Shown here: positions 23,301 through 32,197 of the stretch, one piece after another
How positions within the stretch are numbered: position 1 is the stretch's first letter
How the letters are laid out: every line of letters begins with the position of its first letter
From: a virus
Lineage: Duplodnaviria > Caudoviricetes
DNA length: 64,000 bases
Reading direction: 5' to 3' (one strand)
Virus record (IMG/VR): IMGVR_UViG_3300042358_000005
Location: 32,001-96,000 of that record
Position numbers and translations under genes: made by a program
The notes under the pieces: model-generated
Database searches by the model: none
What the model was told of the DNA's origin: nothing
Seen by the model: only the letters and a program-made list of their open reading frames with translations

Positions 23301-26300
23301 TAATCGTGTATTTGCTCTTCGTTCTGGTCAATGGAATGATAGTAAAGAACAACAATACAGATATGATGTTGCTTATGAAAAGACTGTAAAAGGAATTCCT
23401 CTTACAGCTGAAGAGAAAGCATTTGGTATTAAAAAGGTTACTAGAGCATCTGGTGAAGAAGTTTATGTTGGAAAGAATCCTAACATGAAAAGTTTCTACA
23501 CTCCTATTAAACCTATTGTATCAGGAAATAAAAATGATGGTAAAGATTACAATGATATTGTATTAGATAAGTTTGCATTAGTTCCACTTTCATTTAGAAT
23601 ACTACATGAAATGAATCCTGAGTCAAATGCTATCAAGATGTATAATAAAATGCAAAGAGAGAATGTTGACTATGCTGTTTATGGAACAGGTAGAAAGGTA
23701 GGTACTGGTATAGCTACTCCTTTATATCTTCCTTCAGGAGAATTTAACGAAGCTTCATTTGATGAATTAAATAATATTCCATTCTCTATAATGGGTGTAC
23801 AAACTGAGGTGCCTTCTAAAGACACTCCATTAGTAACACAAGGATCACAGATTACAAAACTTGCTACAATGGACTTCTTAGAAGCTGGTGTGCCAATTGA
23901 TTTTGAAATTAAAGATGCTAAAGGAAATATTATTACAGACTTCAATGAACGTTTTGCTAAATGGACTTCTTTTAAAACAGAAGCAGAAAAAGAGAAAGTT
24001 TCTCTATTATATAAAGAGATTGCTAACAATCAAAAATTATTAGAAGCTAAAATAGAACAAGGGTACAAAACTTTATTGAAGAAACTTGGTATTACACAAG
24101 GTGTTAATAAAAAAGGTGAACCTACTTTTACTATATTAAATAAAGACAAACTGGTTAATACATTAAGAGATGAAATCTTGAAGAGAGAAGTGAATGATAA
24201 TATCATTGATGCTCTTGAAGGATTTAAAGATGGAGATGTTGTGCTAGAAGCTACACCTGCATATCAACAAATCAGAAACATTCTATATTCTATAGCTGAT
24301 AAAAATGTTGTACGTCCTAAAATATCTGGTGGTCAAAAAGTACAGATTTCTTCCACATTATTTGAATCTACTCGTATTGAAGGAAAAGAATTTAAAGATA
24401 AGAATGGAGTTACTAAATACCGTTATTTATCTGACATTCTTAACTTCTATAAGAATGAAGATGGTAAACGTGTATGTGAGATAATGGTAGCTAGATGGTT
24501 TGATAATGCTCAAACTAAAAAGATGACTGATACAGAGCTTCTTAATTATTTAAATAATACAAAAGAAGGAAAAAGTATATTAGCTGGTATTGGGTATCGT
24601 ATCCCTACACAGAAACAAAACTCTATTGATAGCTTTGTTATCAAACAATTCTTACCAAAAGATTTTGGTGATAGTGTTGTTATTCCTTCAGCTCTTGTTA
24701 AAAAGGTTGGATCGGATTTTGATATTGATAAGTTGTCAATCTATTTAAAGAATACATTCACTAATAAACAAGGTGACCTTACAAATATTCCTTATTTTGG
24801 AATTGGACAACAAGCCATTGATAAGTTTATCAAAATGTATGATGATGGTGAATTAAATGGTTACATTAATTCTAAAAAAGATGCTTTGCCAGTTGGAGAA
24901 GCTGAAGATAGATTAATGGAAAGTATGTTTGCTGAAAATTACTCTATTCAGAAAGATGATATTATAAATGAGTTATATCAAAAATCTCTTGAGAATGCAT
25001 ACATTCAATCATTGCAAAACTTAGTTAGTCATGAATTAAACTTTGATAACTTAGTTAAGCCTAACTCTGCAGATGAGATGAAAGATCTTTCTATTGACAT
25101 TAATAAAGAGATGGGTAATCCAGAGATTGACTATGGTGCTGTAGGTAATATGTTAAGTAGAGGATTTATGTCTTCTCTAAGACAAGCATTTGTATCTGGT
25201 AAGTATGCAATTGGTATTGCTGCAACTGGTCAAACTAACCATGCAGATAATCAACGTACTGCAACATATATTGACTTTGATAAATTAAAAGATGTAGATC
25301 CTGTAGATAGAGAAATCTTAGGAGGTAATCCAAAATCAAATATATTTGCTAGAGATCCAAATGTTAATTTTGAAGCTTACAACTCTATTGTTATTGATGG
25401 TGTAAATAGACCTACATTAGCAATGGTTAAAAACCAAGCTGGTAAATATATATCCGATATTATTGGACAATTCATTGATGGATATGTGGATATCTCTAAA
25501 GGTCCTTGGATCATGAGACTTGGTGCTACACCAAATGTAACATCATCATGGTTATTCTTAATCAAATTAGGTGTACCTGCTGATACTGTTGCATATTTTA
25601 TGAACCAACCTATTGTTAAAGATTACTTACGTACATTAGAGAACAAAGGATATACATGGTTATTCAATGATCGTATAATGATAGATACATTAGATGTATA
25701 CTCTTCAGGTATTCCTTTGAATCAACAGCCTACTATTTCTGGTATTCCTTCTGAAGAAGAGTTGTTCAAGATGCTTAAGTATAACAAAGTAGGTATAAAA
25801 ACTCAAATGAGTGACATACAAAAACTTCAACAACAATACATACTAAAAGAATTCATAAAGTATTCTAAAATGTCTTCTCAGTTGTTTGATGTAGTACAAG
25901 GTTCTAATATAGATACTGCTACAATCAATGATCCATATTTAGTATTCAAAAAAATGCTTCAATTAGAGAAGGCTAGAAAGTCTATCATCTCTTCTGTGGA
26001 TAATTTATTGAATAGTTCATTTAAAGGAGTTCTTAAGAATACTATATTCAATGTAAGAGATGCATTCGCTGAGATTCTTATATCTGATAAACCTAATGTA
26101 AGAACTGTAATGCAAGATGTCCTAACACCATATGTAAAATTAAGTGATAGAGACTTTGTTAAAGTGAGTCAGAAAGCAGTGAATGATCTATTTGATTGGG
26201 CTGTACAAACTAACACAGGAGTTAATGTTAATATATCAAATATATTATTGGGTAAAGATGATAAGAAAAGTGCTGCTCAACAAATTATAGATTTCAAAGA

Positions 26301-27381
26301 TTCTATTCTAGGAAATAAATATAAAGGCATTAGTGCAAAACCTGAGCATCCATTATTTGATAATATCATTCTTAATTCAATCAAGATGGAAGCTGGTACC
26401 AAAGAAGGTAAAGCTGATAACTTATATATTGCAGGAAGAGATAACAAAGTGTATGATCAAAACTTAATCATATATGGATTTGATGAACTAAGAGCAAACT
26501 TAGGAAATGAAGGAAAAGATTTATATGGTAAACTTGTTAGACTTGCTGTATTACAATCAGGTGTTACTAATTCTCCAATAGCATTCACTAACCTTCTTCC
26601 TTATAATGATTTCAAAAATATCTATAATGAAACCTTGTCTGGTTTGGAAAATATGCCTAACTTAGCTGACTTCAATAAATTACATGTGTTTGAAAGAAAC
26701 AACTGGAATAATTCTACTATTATGCCATTCATGAGAGTGAGGATGACGTTAGGTAAAAACTATGAAGGGAAAGCTAATCTATATGATGCTAATGCATATT
26801 TTACAGATGTGAATTTAAAGACAGCAATTAAAGAGGGAAGACTTCCTAAAGTTGTAGGTATAAGCCCTTATGGTGATGGAAGAAATGATTTTCTTACATA
26901 TAGCTGGGAAGAGAGTATTCCTTATGCTGAAAGAGTTGCAAGAAAGAAAAGTGGAGATCGTTCTCATATACACAAAGTACTAATGCAAAAAGTATATACA
27001 ACAGATGATAAAGGTAATCGTATACCATTAATTCAAGTATCTACAGGAAAAGACGGAAGAACTTATACAAAACATATATTTAAAGCTATCAATGCTTGGG
27101 GTGATTCATTCAGAGCTCAAGAGTTTTATGACTATGAAAGATCTTCTGTATTAGATAATGATTACGATAAAGTACAAAAAGTAACAGATATACAAGGTAA
27201 ACAAATTGAATCAGGAGAAGTGACAGATGATGAAGTGGTAAGAATCTTTAGAAACGAAGTTGCTGGAGAAACACAAGTTGCTCAACCTGAATTATCTGTA
27301 AGTGAAAAACCTGAAGAATTAACCCAAGAAGAATGGGATGGTCTATCAGATGAAGAAAAAAATAAAATAAAAGAATGTTAA
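14395..27381 (+). CDS. Giant virion-packaged DNA-dependent RNA polymerase polyprotein (crAss/phi14:2 gp66-like), with N-terminal membrane-like and zincin-like regions
   Basis: 4328 aa; GYRIPTQ (~24592-24612) and catalytic GSDFDIDK (DFDID 24715-24729); AYHEVFE…EELAEEF zincin-like motif; Gly/Ala-rich hydrophobic N-terminal segments. Confidence 0.85.
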   Translation: MAENNLESKDIAQAGKELGPVPTHLDVQTPLLDRLDLENQFGGYEAPSAPSPLPTYSSPENVYEAPTILSSDRQEEGESLKSLENFLLTKSDTKPGGSITRTLAEVSSNRYDNFVPGDYNNEDAYAQGQGFGSKMVNGVGKGLLLTGTTFLQGTVGLVNGLARWGSDGRFASFYDNEFNRNLDDINKKAEDALPNFYTDREKNGKWYSPDYFMTGNFLWDGIVKNMGFAAGAYLTGGVYSAGLKGLASLPGASRLLSMGRAAEAVAASEEALIGLDKGSEAYGKIKALSDSYLKQYQILDKGHRAVVAGLSTSGEAGFEAYQNLNDFRNQKIEEYKNLNGGVAPQGADLAKINALADGVGNSSFAANVALLSATNYIQFPKILGSSYSAEKGIMNNVTREIGDITEVAGKYAAKEGKSKLLNTFNTVRPYLFSTSEGFEEGAQYAIQMGVKDYYNKKYNNVATDWLDAVSTGITETVGTDEGAKNILIGGLSGALMMAKGTYKQGREESANTAKAIEQFNQFRLSDFTKETIDSVNRGTVLQQEREKLLKEGNISDSKDKETDYIINYLTPRIKFGRFDLVTSEIADYRALASSKTGFDQLVEDGKALPTDTREAYLARLNSFEQTANNVKSLYQSLNLRYGAKVNAEGKQLYTPAVVDKMIYAATKISDYEQRIPGLSTKLITNVDNVSQILQDVSEGNLDSFNGAMSKLEGSKLVNKEDLIEALDDAAYMTMKRDILLKEYDSMKKSPENFQEQTQSFEEIQADAASKEKIKVNTKNGEREVEIGTEYVLGKVTEYSAGGREVYRQPRLTILAKNEDGTIKIKTSNGVIKDISEDELNSYSLTPASKMLTDKKFNYFEKHQNTVFQHYGIKKKNGDPVQGRLEYNDKKGKLTFVYVDENGEVQKEEVWNTLFKAQGEYKYPMIRRLGNLTAAQDKAQLEFENTETTVSDKLQTRNRIIRDLYETSVKRLDEINKKLNNSKASLEKEQLRLENEISKESVTKTGALRKRPTTTLKQLTNTLGNLRSVVEKENKALLSEKQELEASIPYFKEFLDSLSTLPEAGAKMIKQIKDDINALEELIDITNDAIVASDKLLKQIDDLLQKALSIFDDYLTRLKEENPNTPLFIEQLKENIEKYLGEEGARMFVEDRLGFTEKVLELESDINDFSAELKIPELSKKADRLVEDIKELREGLDNLINEQIAKGKILDTFQQFAEDEKAREAEEKQMRDNEALKKSFLGTLTNSVQNFFGTRPYEAASKKTDLGVVGSTKPTKDEIPHQERVNFFGNKIDSFENKDQLKGVIVTANTENEIIAGLTEDFLKDMPEGPKKDKAREEIIFLVMVQDNNDNSFSVVDQTGQPILEDENKINNAIYQVFPSADLMGEYDGVKSSMFREGINDVLKESLTNQYVEWRAEQLDKPTLGDAQSVSASFGQPKLVTYKDQAGNDIVDKGARTSAQAAGLVTQSGLRKNPIVEVAVTNESVSEGSVTFESPTGRVFLRLPGRGLAKLFNRKFNDKEANTIFDVMHQITKNALRDGEINDSSKELFNWLKSVTYWGIAKYPDGKRKAAGYNNIWFEKDGEGVLRLFMSGLNKDSKKAFEFTPTGMQDNKEAIVMLLKEMYNNTDSVKVNGDGWSNPYYEITNIDSEGNPVTREWPNYQTYLLSDKAPDANGKLSIDRTNKELPLATQFRPITESQPINREGIYFSLDDSGSRFKKPQPVAIVEQPVVAPAAITVPATKEFNDDGETPNTIVHDTYGDIVFTLDKEGEVKLDLEGSTNAIVELAKKKTATGSSQEEAENWAGVNLVKSIKSKLSVPAVVTTVEPAIEFNNTTPVVINNDLGTIVYTADKDGKVTLDLEESADAIMKLAETKVGPTMTQEEAENWAGVNLTKSIEKKIAGQLVQQQVPVLPPVADVAPIIEAPVQTEEIIEEAPKAIEEGDVDWNTPAKPKGKKKLYRLQVLDQVSKITTEDWANVEKFIAKVMPNIPLYRVKNIIQATNGRQAYGMLHDAAIYVYEGAEVGTAYHEVFEAVWKMFAGPAEKQLIIDEFRNRKGSYVDRFTGETVEYSKATNEQLKEELAEEFREAVLEGKSVDRSEKYQGKSLIGKLFNDMINFIKEFFYGKNAAANTQALFDRIGNGYYAQYNPFETKLSYANSGIIDINQVTATDESEYRLKIKNIPAKQVHDIIQQMTYSTLSNLAESKKSLFEVQKPKRGELYSRLKREVLEDCIIASRDELYESVARKEQTLEQITPQINNLKDLFDKIKEEWPAIVEKHEEHLKSYSIEFDENDDLNINDEDNSGKGDYVNARQVDSFRKANSVIKLLLATLPKTKLLKGEIVPEVSTIGGVMLMPADQAFITLMNTLHSSVNIDDMFNRLRTMAKANPNYDVLYRRLTNDSALDKPINFDSLQQHDLQLMTAFWNSMKKQNADVVTVFVLPSGEVVIGNSALSGAARQAKREMLNNITEGIRTDKTNYFYYDKKSKKYNPKELVKRISFNSGQLGQYVAFLQGVGIDFKLSDLEDKTKINPDQLRLFRKAVEGIQQSFSNLEDISTLTAKTLNIDKRLTQLGTIKAILENPDFESTYFNINGERTQSFIGTNSISAMHDVLSQLTNIKQLGDTVKGYAAYNYLLTDKFAKGSVMLSKMFDLAEDGDGGRVAGTEDLMKPVFVDGTIDEQNGNKKESSKLSAKQRLVQEMNLNSGGIFLNLVPGDASIEHAIKMYNDDSPFVTDEAFSNGKYLDIFRDYFTSEVELSRDKRTVVTGRSATDLRFFKAILGDALHNKIMSKTNSKKSSEKVYEENKKEIDNAVKAFIIKEAEDTEVLLRNYGIVTTTAEGIETEGLLLTEDKEISQKELADKLKVLSVNYMIANIEMHKLIYSDPYQYSDELKRIKNFNSPRQALLYGSIKVNAALNNKYNEGYEIDDIGYTDMNVDHFVSTVMEDVFSTDELDEYLKPYEETDGGGYITAKANRVFALRSGQWNDSKEQQYRYDVAYEKTVKGIPLTAEEKAFGIKKVTRASGEEVYVGKNPNMKSFYTPIKPIVSGNKNDGKDYNDIVLDKFALVPLSFRILHEMNPESNAIKMYNKMQRENVDYAVYGTGRKVGTGIATPLYLPSGEFNEASFDELNNIPFSIMGVQTEVPSKDTPLVTQGSQITKLATMDFLEAGVPIDFEIKDAKGNIITDFNERFAKWTSFKTEAEKEKVSLLYKEIANNQKLLEAKIEQGYKTLLKKLGITQGVNKKGEPTFTILNKDKLVNTLRDEILKREVNDNIIDALEGFKDGDVVLEATPAYQQIRNILYSIADKNVVRPKISGGQKVQISSTLFESTRIEGKEFKDKNGVTKYRYLSDILNFYKNEDGKRVCEIMVARWFDNAQTKKMTDTELLNYLNNTKEGKSILAGIGYRIPTQKQNSIDSFVIKQFLPKDFGDSVVIPSALVKKVGSDFDIDKLSIYLKNTFTNKQGDLTNIPYFGIGQQAIDKFIKMYDDGELNGYINSKKDALPVGEAEDRLMESMFAENYSIQKDDIINELYQKSLENAYIQSLQNLVSHELNFDNLVKPNSADEMKDLSIDINKEMGNPEIDYGAVGNMLSRGFMSSLRQAFVSGKYAIGIAATGQTNHADNQRTATYIDFDKLKDVDPVDREILGGNPKSNIFARDPNVNFEAYNSIVIDGVNRPTLAMVKNQAGKYISDIIGQFIDGYVDISKGPWIMRLGATPNVTSSWLFLIKLGVPADTVAYFMNQPIVKDYLRTLENKGYTWLFNDRIMIDTLDVYSSGIPLNQQPTISGIPSEEELFKMLKYNKVGIKTQMSDIQKLQQQYILKEFIKYSKMSSQLFDVVQGSNIDTATINDPYLVFKKMLQLEKARKSIISSVDNLLNSSFKGVLKNTIFNVRDAFAEILISDKPNVRTVMQDVLTPYVKLSDRDFVKVSQKAVNDLFDWAVQTNTGVNVNISNILLGKDDKKSAAQQIIDFKDSILGNKYKGISAKPEHPLFDNIILNSIKMEAGTKEGKADNLYIAGRDNKVYDQNLIIYGFDELRANLGNEGKDLYGKLVRLAVLQSGVTNSPIAFTNLLPYNDFKNIYNETLSGLENMPNLADFNKLHVFERNNWNNSTIMPFMRVRMTLGKNYEGKANLYDANAYFTDVNLKTAIKEGRLPKVVGISPYGDGRNDFLTYSWEESIPYAERVARKKSGDRSHIHKVLMQKVYTTDDKGNRIPLIQVSTGKDGRTYTKHIFKAINAWGDSFRAQEFYDYERSSVLDNDYDKVQKVTDIQGKQIESGEVTDDEVVRIFRNEVAGETQVAQPELSVSEKPEELTQEEWDGLSDEEKNKIKEC

Positions 27382-27382
27382 T

Positions 27383-30300
27383 ATGGCACATTGTGTAAAT
27401 AGAAGTTCTAAAGAGTTTAAAGCATTAGCTGAACAATCTAACATCAATCCAATAGTTCTTGCTGCAAAGGTTTCTTTGTGGCAGGAAATTAATGGTTTAG
27501 ATAACTTTCCAAAGATATCAGATATTGTTGTACCAAATGAAACTGCAAAACAAACTTTAGATATAATGAAAGTGGCTGCTACTAAAATGGGCATAGACTT
27601 TGTATCACTTGCAGATTATGCTAAAGCTAATCCAGCCATAGATATAACATCTGTAAATGGACTTGCGGATCTTCTTAAAGGAGTGATAGCTGTTGCACAA
27701 GGAATGGAAGAAGTTGCTACAACTGAAGAAATTGTTCACTTAGCTACAGCTATTCTTGAACAAACTAATCCACGACTTATAACACAACTTATTAGTAAGA
27801 TAGATAGATTTAAAATCTACAATCGAACTTTTGAATTATACAAGAACAATAAGGCCTATCAATTATCAAATGGTAAGCCAGACATTAGAAAGATTAAAAA
27901 GGAAGCTGTAGATAGACTTATAGCTGAGTTAATTGTATACAATACAGAAGGATCTACAGAGTTTCCTGAACTAATGGATGAAGAAACTCGGTCAATGATT
28001 AGACAATGGTGGGAAACTATTCTTGATTATATTAGAGGAGTGTATGGTAAATCTAATATTGATATATTCAAATCTACTGCTGCTCAAGTTGCAACAGGTG
28101 AAGTTGGAGGTACAGTTGCTGATATAAAACAAGCAGGTGTATTCTTTAATTTATCTGATGATGTTAAGACACAGATAGATAATTTCTATAACAATGTTGT
28201 AGAGCATAATGATAAACTTGAATTATTTCCTCAAACAGTTGAGGATACAAGACATTATAAGTATGAAGGAGTTAGAGTGACTAAATCTGTAACAGAAAAA
28301 GTAAAAGAGAAGTTTGGTAAAATATTTACTAGAACAGAAGCTCAGAAGCTTGTAGATGATCAAAAAAGAGACTGGGGATCTGAAGGACATAGATTTATAG
28401 AACAATATATTCTCAACAATCTTATAGATAAAGATGGATATAAAAGAGCGGAGTTTGGTGTTGAACCAATCTCTTCTACACTTAATGGAGCATTACAAGT
28501 ACAACTTGGAAAATTTGCACAAGGATTAATCAATTCATATCCAGCAGGAACTAGATTCCTTATAGAAAAGAAAGTGGTTAATACTAAAGTGAAAGGAATG
28601 ATTGCTTCTGCAGTGGATTTCAAAGCTATATATCCTATCAATAAGAAAGATGGTACCCAAGGCATGAAAATTGATAATCTTGACTGGAAGTTCACATCTA
28701 TAGATAAAAACAAAGATGAAGATATTCCTTGGTATAAAAGAAGAGAGTGGGTTCCTCAAATGGGTGAATACACACAAATAGATTATAATTATGGAGCTAC
28801 AAGAGATCAGATAGGCAAAGCTAGGATGATTCCATTCATAGTGAACTATGATAACACTGTACAATCAGATAAATCATCTCCTCTTATTCCAACAAGTCTT
28901 GAAATAGGTAAGCTTGATTCTTTAACAGAAACAAACTTATACTTACTTCCTGTTCCTACATTAGCTGAATCTACAGGTAATCCACAAGTGGATGCTCTTA
29001 TAACTTCATTACAGACACAGTATGAGAAAATGTTTAAGAAACATGGACCTGAAGAAACTGAGTTTGCTAGAAAACAACAATTGTCTCAACTTAGTAAAGC
29101 TATTCGTAACTTACATATCAAATTAAATTTTGAACCATTATATAATGTTGCTAAAACCTTTTTAGAGAATGCTAAAACTGCAATTTCTGATTTCGAGAAA
29201 TTAGATTATGCAAACTTAGATGAAGCAGAACTTAGTAAAGGATTAAAAGAATTATTAGAATACAGCAAGAGTGCTAATAAGTTTGCTTCTATGGATGAAG
29301 TATTTCTTTCTCAATACCCTAAAGCTGGTATGACAGAAGAGAATAAAAGAACGCTTGATGGACTTGAAGATATTACTAAGAGTACACAAAGGATGCAAGA
29401 TAAAATTCTTGACTTACAAAAAATATTTACAGCTAATATTGCTGTTAAACAAGGAATTGTTTCTGAAGAAAAGAAACTAACAGTAGTAGAAGCTGAAGCT
29501 GCTATAAATGGATTTGCTAAAACTTGGGCTGAGGGAACAAGACTGTCTGCTAAGATAGTTAAACTTGCTTCTAATTTAATTATGAATGCTAGCTCTATGG
29601 TTAATAGAGAAGCAGCTAAACAAATAAAACTATTTGGTAAGCTATTGATTCCATTAGAAGAATCAGCAAGTGCTCAAGGAAAGAATGCATTTGATTTAAT
29701 AGCAACTATGACTCCATCTGGACCTGCATTAGTTAAGAAAATAGATAGAGAGTTCTTAGATAAATTAAAAGAAGCCAGAGAGAATAAGAATAAATCTTTT
29801 CTAATGGATAATATGAATATGACTGAGTTCAATGAACAAGCAAAAAGTTATATTGAAACTAATCTAAAAGTATTAGATAATACTAAGTATTCTTTAGATT
29901 TAGATGAGGATGCTCGCATGAGAGAACTTCAAAAGAAAAATCTTAGAAACTCTATTGATATTAATAAAGATTCATTTAATGGATACACTAATTATAACTT
30001 TATACAATTATCTAATCAAGCGATGATTGAAAAAGGTCATTATTCTAAAGAGTATCAACAAATGGCTAATAACCCAGCTGCATTAAATATGTGGGAGTTC
30101 TTAACAGCATTAAATCAAAAAGGTAAAGACTTAGGTTATCTTCAAAATAACTCTATATCATTCTTTCCATTGATAGAAGCTACTACATTAGAAAAGTTTG
30201 GAAAAACATCAGATGTTATTGCAGAAGCAGGAGATTTCTTTAAAGGATTATATTCTACAAATATAAATGAAGAACAAAATCTTTCTAAAATAGATCCTGA

Positions 30301-32119
30301 AACAGGCAAGGTTAAGAAACAAATACCTAAATATTTTACTAAGACTGATAAGACTTATAATCAATTGTCTACAGATCTTAATAAAGTGGGAAGTCTTTGG
30401 ATCAAAGCATTATTAGATTATGAAAGTGCTATTAATATGGAAGATACTCTTCAGACATTATTAGCTGTAGAGAACGCAAAAGGATCATTAACACTTGATG
30501 AAAATGGAACTGTTCAATTTGATTCTTCTAATGAACCAATATTACAGAAAGAAAATAAAAATGCTGCTATCCTAGAAACTATTATTGATGATAGTTTATA
30601 CAAACTAGAACAAGATCTTGGATCATTAGGTAACATTGGTATATCTACTATTACAGGAAAACTTAGTAAGACAGAAGAAGGTAAACAGAAAGCTGCTGTA
30701 AATATTAAAAAGACATTAAGAAATGCTGACACATTAACAAGAGCACTTGCTGTAGGACTTAAACCTTTAATTTCTATAGCTAACTGGGCTGGTGGTCAGT
30801 TTCAATCTTATATCAACGCTGGTGGATTATATACATTCTGGGGAGATTTTGAAAAGAATAACCTAAAGGTATCAACTAATAAACTATCTCTTATAGAGAA
30901 AGGATTATTACATATGATGGTTCCGTTAACTGAAGATGTTGTTACAGAAGAAAGAAGAAAAATAGCTAAAGAACAAGGATTGATTAAATATCTTTCAACA
31001 TGGTCATTCAGTGATATAATGATGTCAACCAATGCTTTCCCTGAGAAAAAATTACAACTTGCTAATGCATTAAGTATCATTGATAATTCAATGGTAATAA
31101 ATGGTAAAGTGATAAATATAAGACAATATTTAGCTGCTCAAGATAGAGAAAGTAAATATGGTTTATCTGAATCAGAAAGAAAGAACTTAGAGGCTACATT
31201 TGAAGATAGAGTGAAAGCATTAAAAGAAACTTCTTCATTAACTAAGACAGCAATTGTAGAAGGTGATGAAATAGTTATTCCTGGAGTGAGTGATGAAGAG
31301 CTTGCTAAATTTAGAACTCAAATCATTGAATACGGCAGAAAGCTTAATGGTCAAATGAATCAAGATAATAAAGCTGGATATAGAAGAGATGCTATATTTA
31401 GTTCATTCATGATGTTTAAAACATGGATTCCTAAATTAGTTGCTGAAAGAACTACAGACATTACAAAAAATGTTGAGGTTGGTAACTGGGAATATGGTAG
31501 AACAAGAGCATTCATTAAAACTTGGGCCCATTTAGGAACAAGAAACATAATGGCTATGCGAGATATAATCAATGGTACTGATGAAGGATTAAGAATTCTT
31601 GATGAAATGCTACAAGATAAAAGAGATGAGCATTATAGAAAGACTGGTCAAGAGTTAGATATAACTAAAGAAGAATTCTATGATCTTATGAGAAGAGAAT
31701 TAACTAATCAAATGAAAGAGTTAAAACTTTTAGTATTAATTATGGCTACGTTGGTTGCTGCTAAAGCTGCTGAACCACCAGAAGATGCTACAGATCTTGA
31801 GAAGAATAGATATAAGTTATGGGCTAAGATGTTAAACAAAATATCTGATGAGGTAACCTTCTATTATAATCCTTTATCATTTGAAGCTATGACAAAAGGA
31901 TCTATACTTCCATCATTAACATTAGTCACTAAAGTGGAGAGAGTGTTTATTCAATTTAATAAAGAATTTGGTGATGAACCAACTAAAGCATATCCTCAAA
32001 AAGCTATATTCAATTTAATTCCTGGTCTTTCTCAATTCCAAACAGAAATTCTACCATATGTAGATCCTGAGTTAGCTAAATCGTGGGGAATAAGAGTTAG
32101 TGCTGAATCAAGAAGATAG
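27383..32119 (+). CDS. Large virion/ejected protein with a PD-(D/E)xK nuclease-like domain
   Basis: 1578 aa; GSEGH…E…VDF…DWK…QMGEY motif series; C-terminal FMMFKTWIP region typical of crAss-like giant proteins. Confidence 0.6.
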   Translation: MAHCVNRSSKEFKALAEQSNINPIVLAAKVSLWQEINGLDNFPKISDIVVPNETAKQTLDIMKVAATKMGIDFVSLADYAKANPAIDITSVNGLADLLKGVIAVAQGMEEVATTEEIVHLATAILEQTNPRLITQLISKIDRFKIYNRTFELYKNNKAYQLSNGKPDIRKIKKEAVDRLIAELIVYNTEGSTEFPELMDEETRSMIRQWWETILDYIRGVYGKSNIDIFKSTAAQVATGEVGGTVADIKQAGVFFNLSDDVKTQIDNFYNNVVEHNDKLELFPQTVEDTRHYKYEGVRVTKSVTEKVKEKFGKIFTRTEAQKLVDDQKRDWGSEGHRFIEQYILNNLIDKDGYKRAEFGVEPISSTLNGALQVQLGKFAQGLINSYPAGTRFLIEKKVVNTKVKGMIASAVDFKAIYPINKKDGTQGMKIDNLDWKFTSIDKNKDEDIPWYKRREWVPQMGEYTQIDYNYGATRDQIGKARMIPFIVNYDNTVQSDKSSPLIPTSLEIGKLDSLTETNLYLLPVPTLAESTGNPQVDALITSLQTQYEKMFKKHGPEETEFARKQQLSQLSKAIRNLHIKLNFEPLYNVAKTFLENAKTAISDFEKLDYANLDEAELSKGLKELLEYSKSANKFASMDEVFLSQYPKAGMTEENKRTLDGLEDITKSTQRMQDKILDLQKIFTANIAVKQGIVSEEKKLTVVEAEAAINGFAKTWAEGTRLSAKIVKLASNLIMNASSMVNREAAKQIKLFGKLLIPLEESASAQGKNAFDLIATMTPSGPALVKKIDREFLDKLKEARENKNKSFLMDNMNMTEFNEQAKSYIETNLKVLDNTKYSLDLDEDARMRELQKKNLRNSIDINKDSFNGYTNYNFIQLSNQAMIEKGHYSKEYQQMANNPAALNMWEFLTALNQKGKDLGYLQNNSISFFPLIEATTLEKFGKTSDVIAEAGDFFKGLYSTNINEEQNLSKIDPETGKVKKQIPKYFTKTDKTYNQLSTDLNKVGSLWIKALLDYESAINMEDTLQTLLAVENAKGSLTLDENGTVQFDSSNEPILQKENKNAAILETIIDDSLYKLEQDLGSLGNIGISTITGKLSKTEEGKQKAAVNIKKTLRNADTLTRALAVGLKPLISIANWAGGQFQSYINAGGLYTFWGDFEKNNLKVSTNKLSLIEKGLLHMMVPLTEDVVTEERRKIAKEQGLIKYLSTWSFSDIMMSTNAFPEKKLQLANALSIIDNSMVINGKVINIRQYLAAQDRESKYGLSESERKNLEATFEDRVKALKETSSLTKTAIVEGDEIVIPGVSDEELAKFRTQIIEYGRKLNGQMNQDNKAGYRRDAIFSSFMMFKTWIPKLVAERTTDITKNVEVGNWEYGRTRAFIKTWAHLGTRNIMAMRDIINGTDEGLRILDEMLQDKRDEHYRKTGQELDITKEEFYDLMRRELTNQMKELKLLVLIMATLVAAKAAEPPEDATDLEKNRYKLWAKMLNKISDEVTFYYNPLSFEAMTKGSILPSLTLVTKVERVFIQFNKEFGDEPTKAYPQKAIFNLIPGLSQFQTEILPYVDPELAKSWGIRVSAESRR

Positions 32120-32129
32120 TAGATAGAAC

Positions 32130-32192
32130 GCTATATTATACCAGTTATTTACCATACATCCTTTTAATATACATATTTAATAATTAACTTTG
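32130..32192 (+). promoter_or_regulatory. Promoter: GCTATATTAT box plus -7 TAACTTTG
   Basis: TAACTTTG 32185-32192 before ATG 32198; the upstream box recurs at identical spacing at 46170. Confidence 0.6.
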
Positions 32193-32197
32193 CTTAC

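Noticed and set aside
14395-27381. Intein or intron in the RNAP gene
   Set aside because: Uninterrupted ORF; no LAGLIDADG or HN-C/S/T splice motif noticed
15753-31572. Short antisense ORFs inside the giant genes
   Set aside because: Fully nested opposite long genes, with composition typical of reverse-frame shadows
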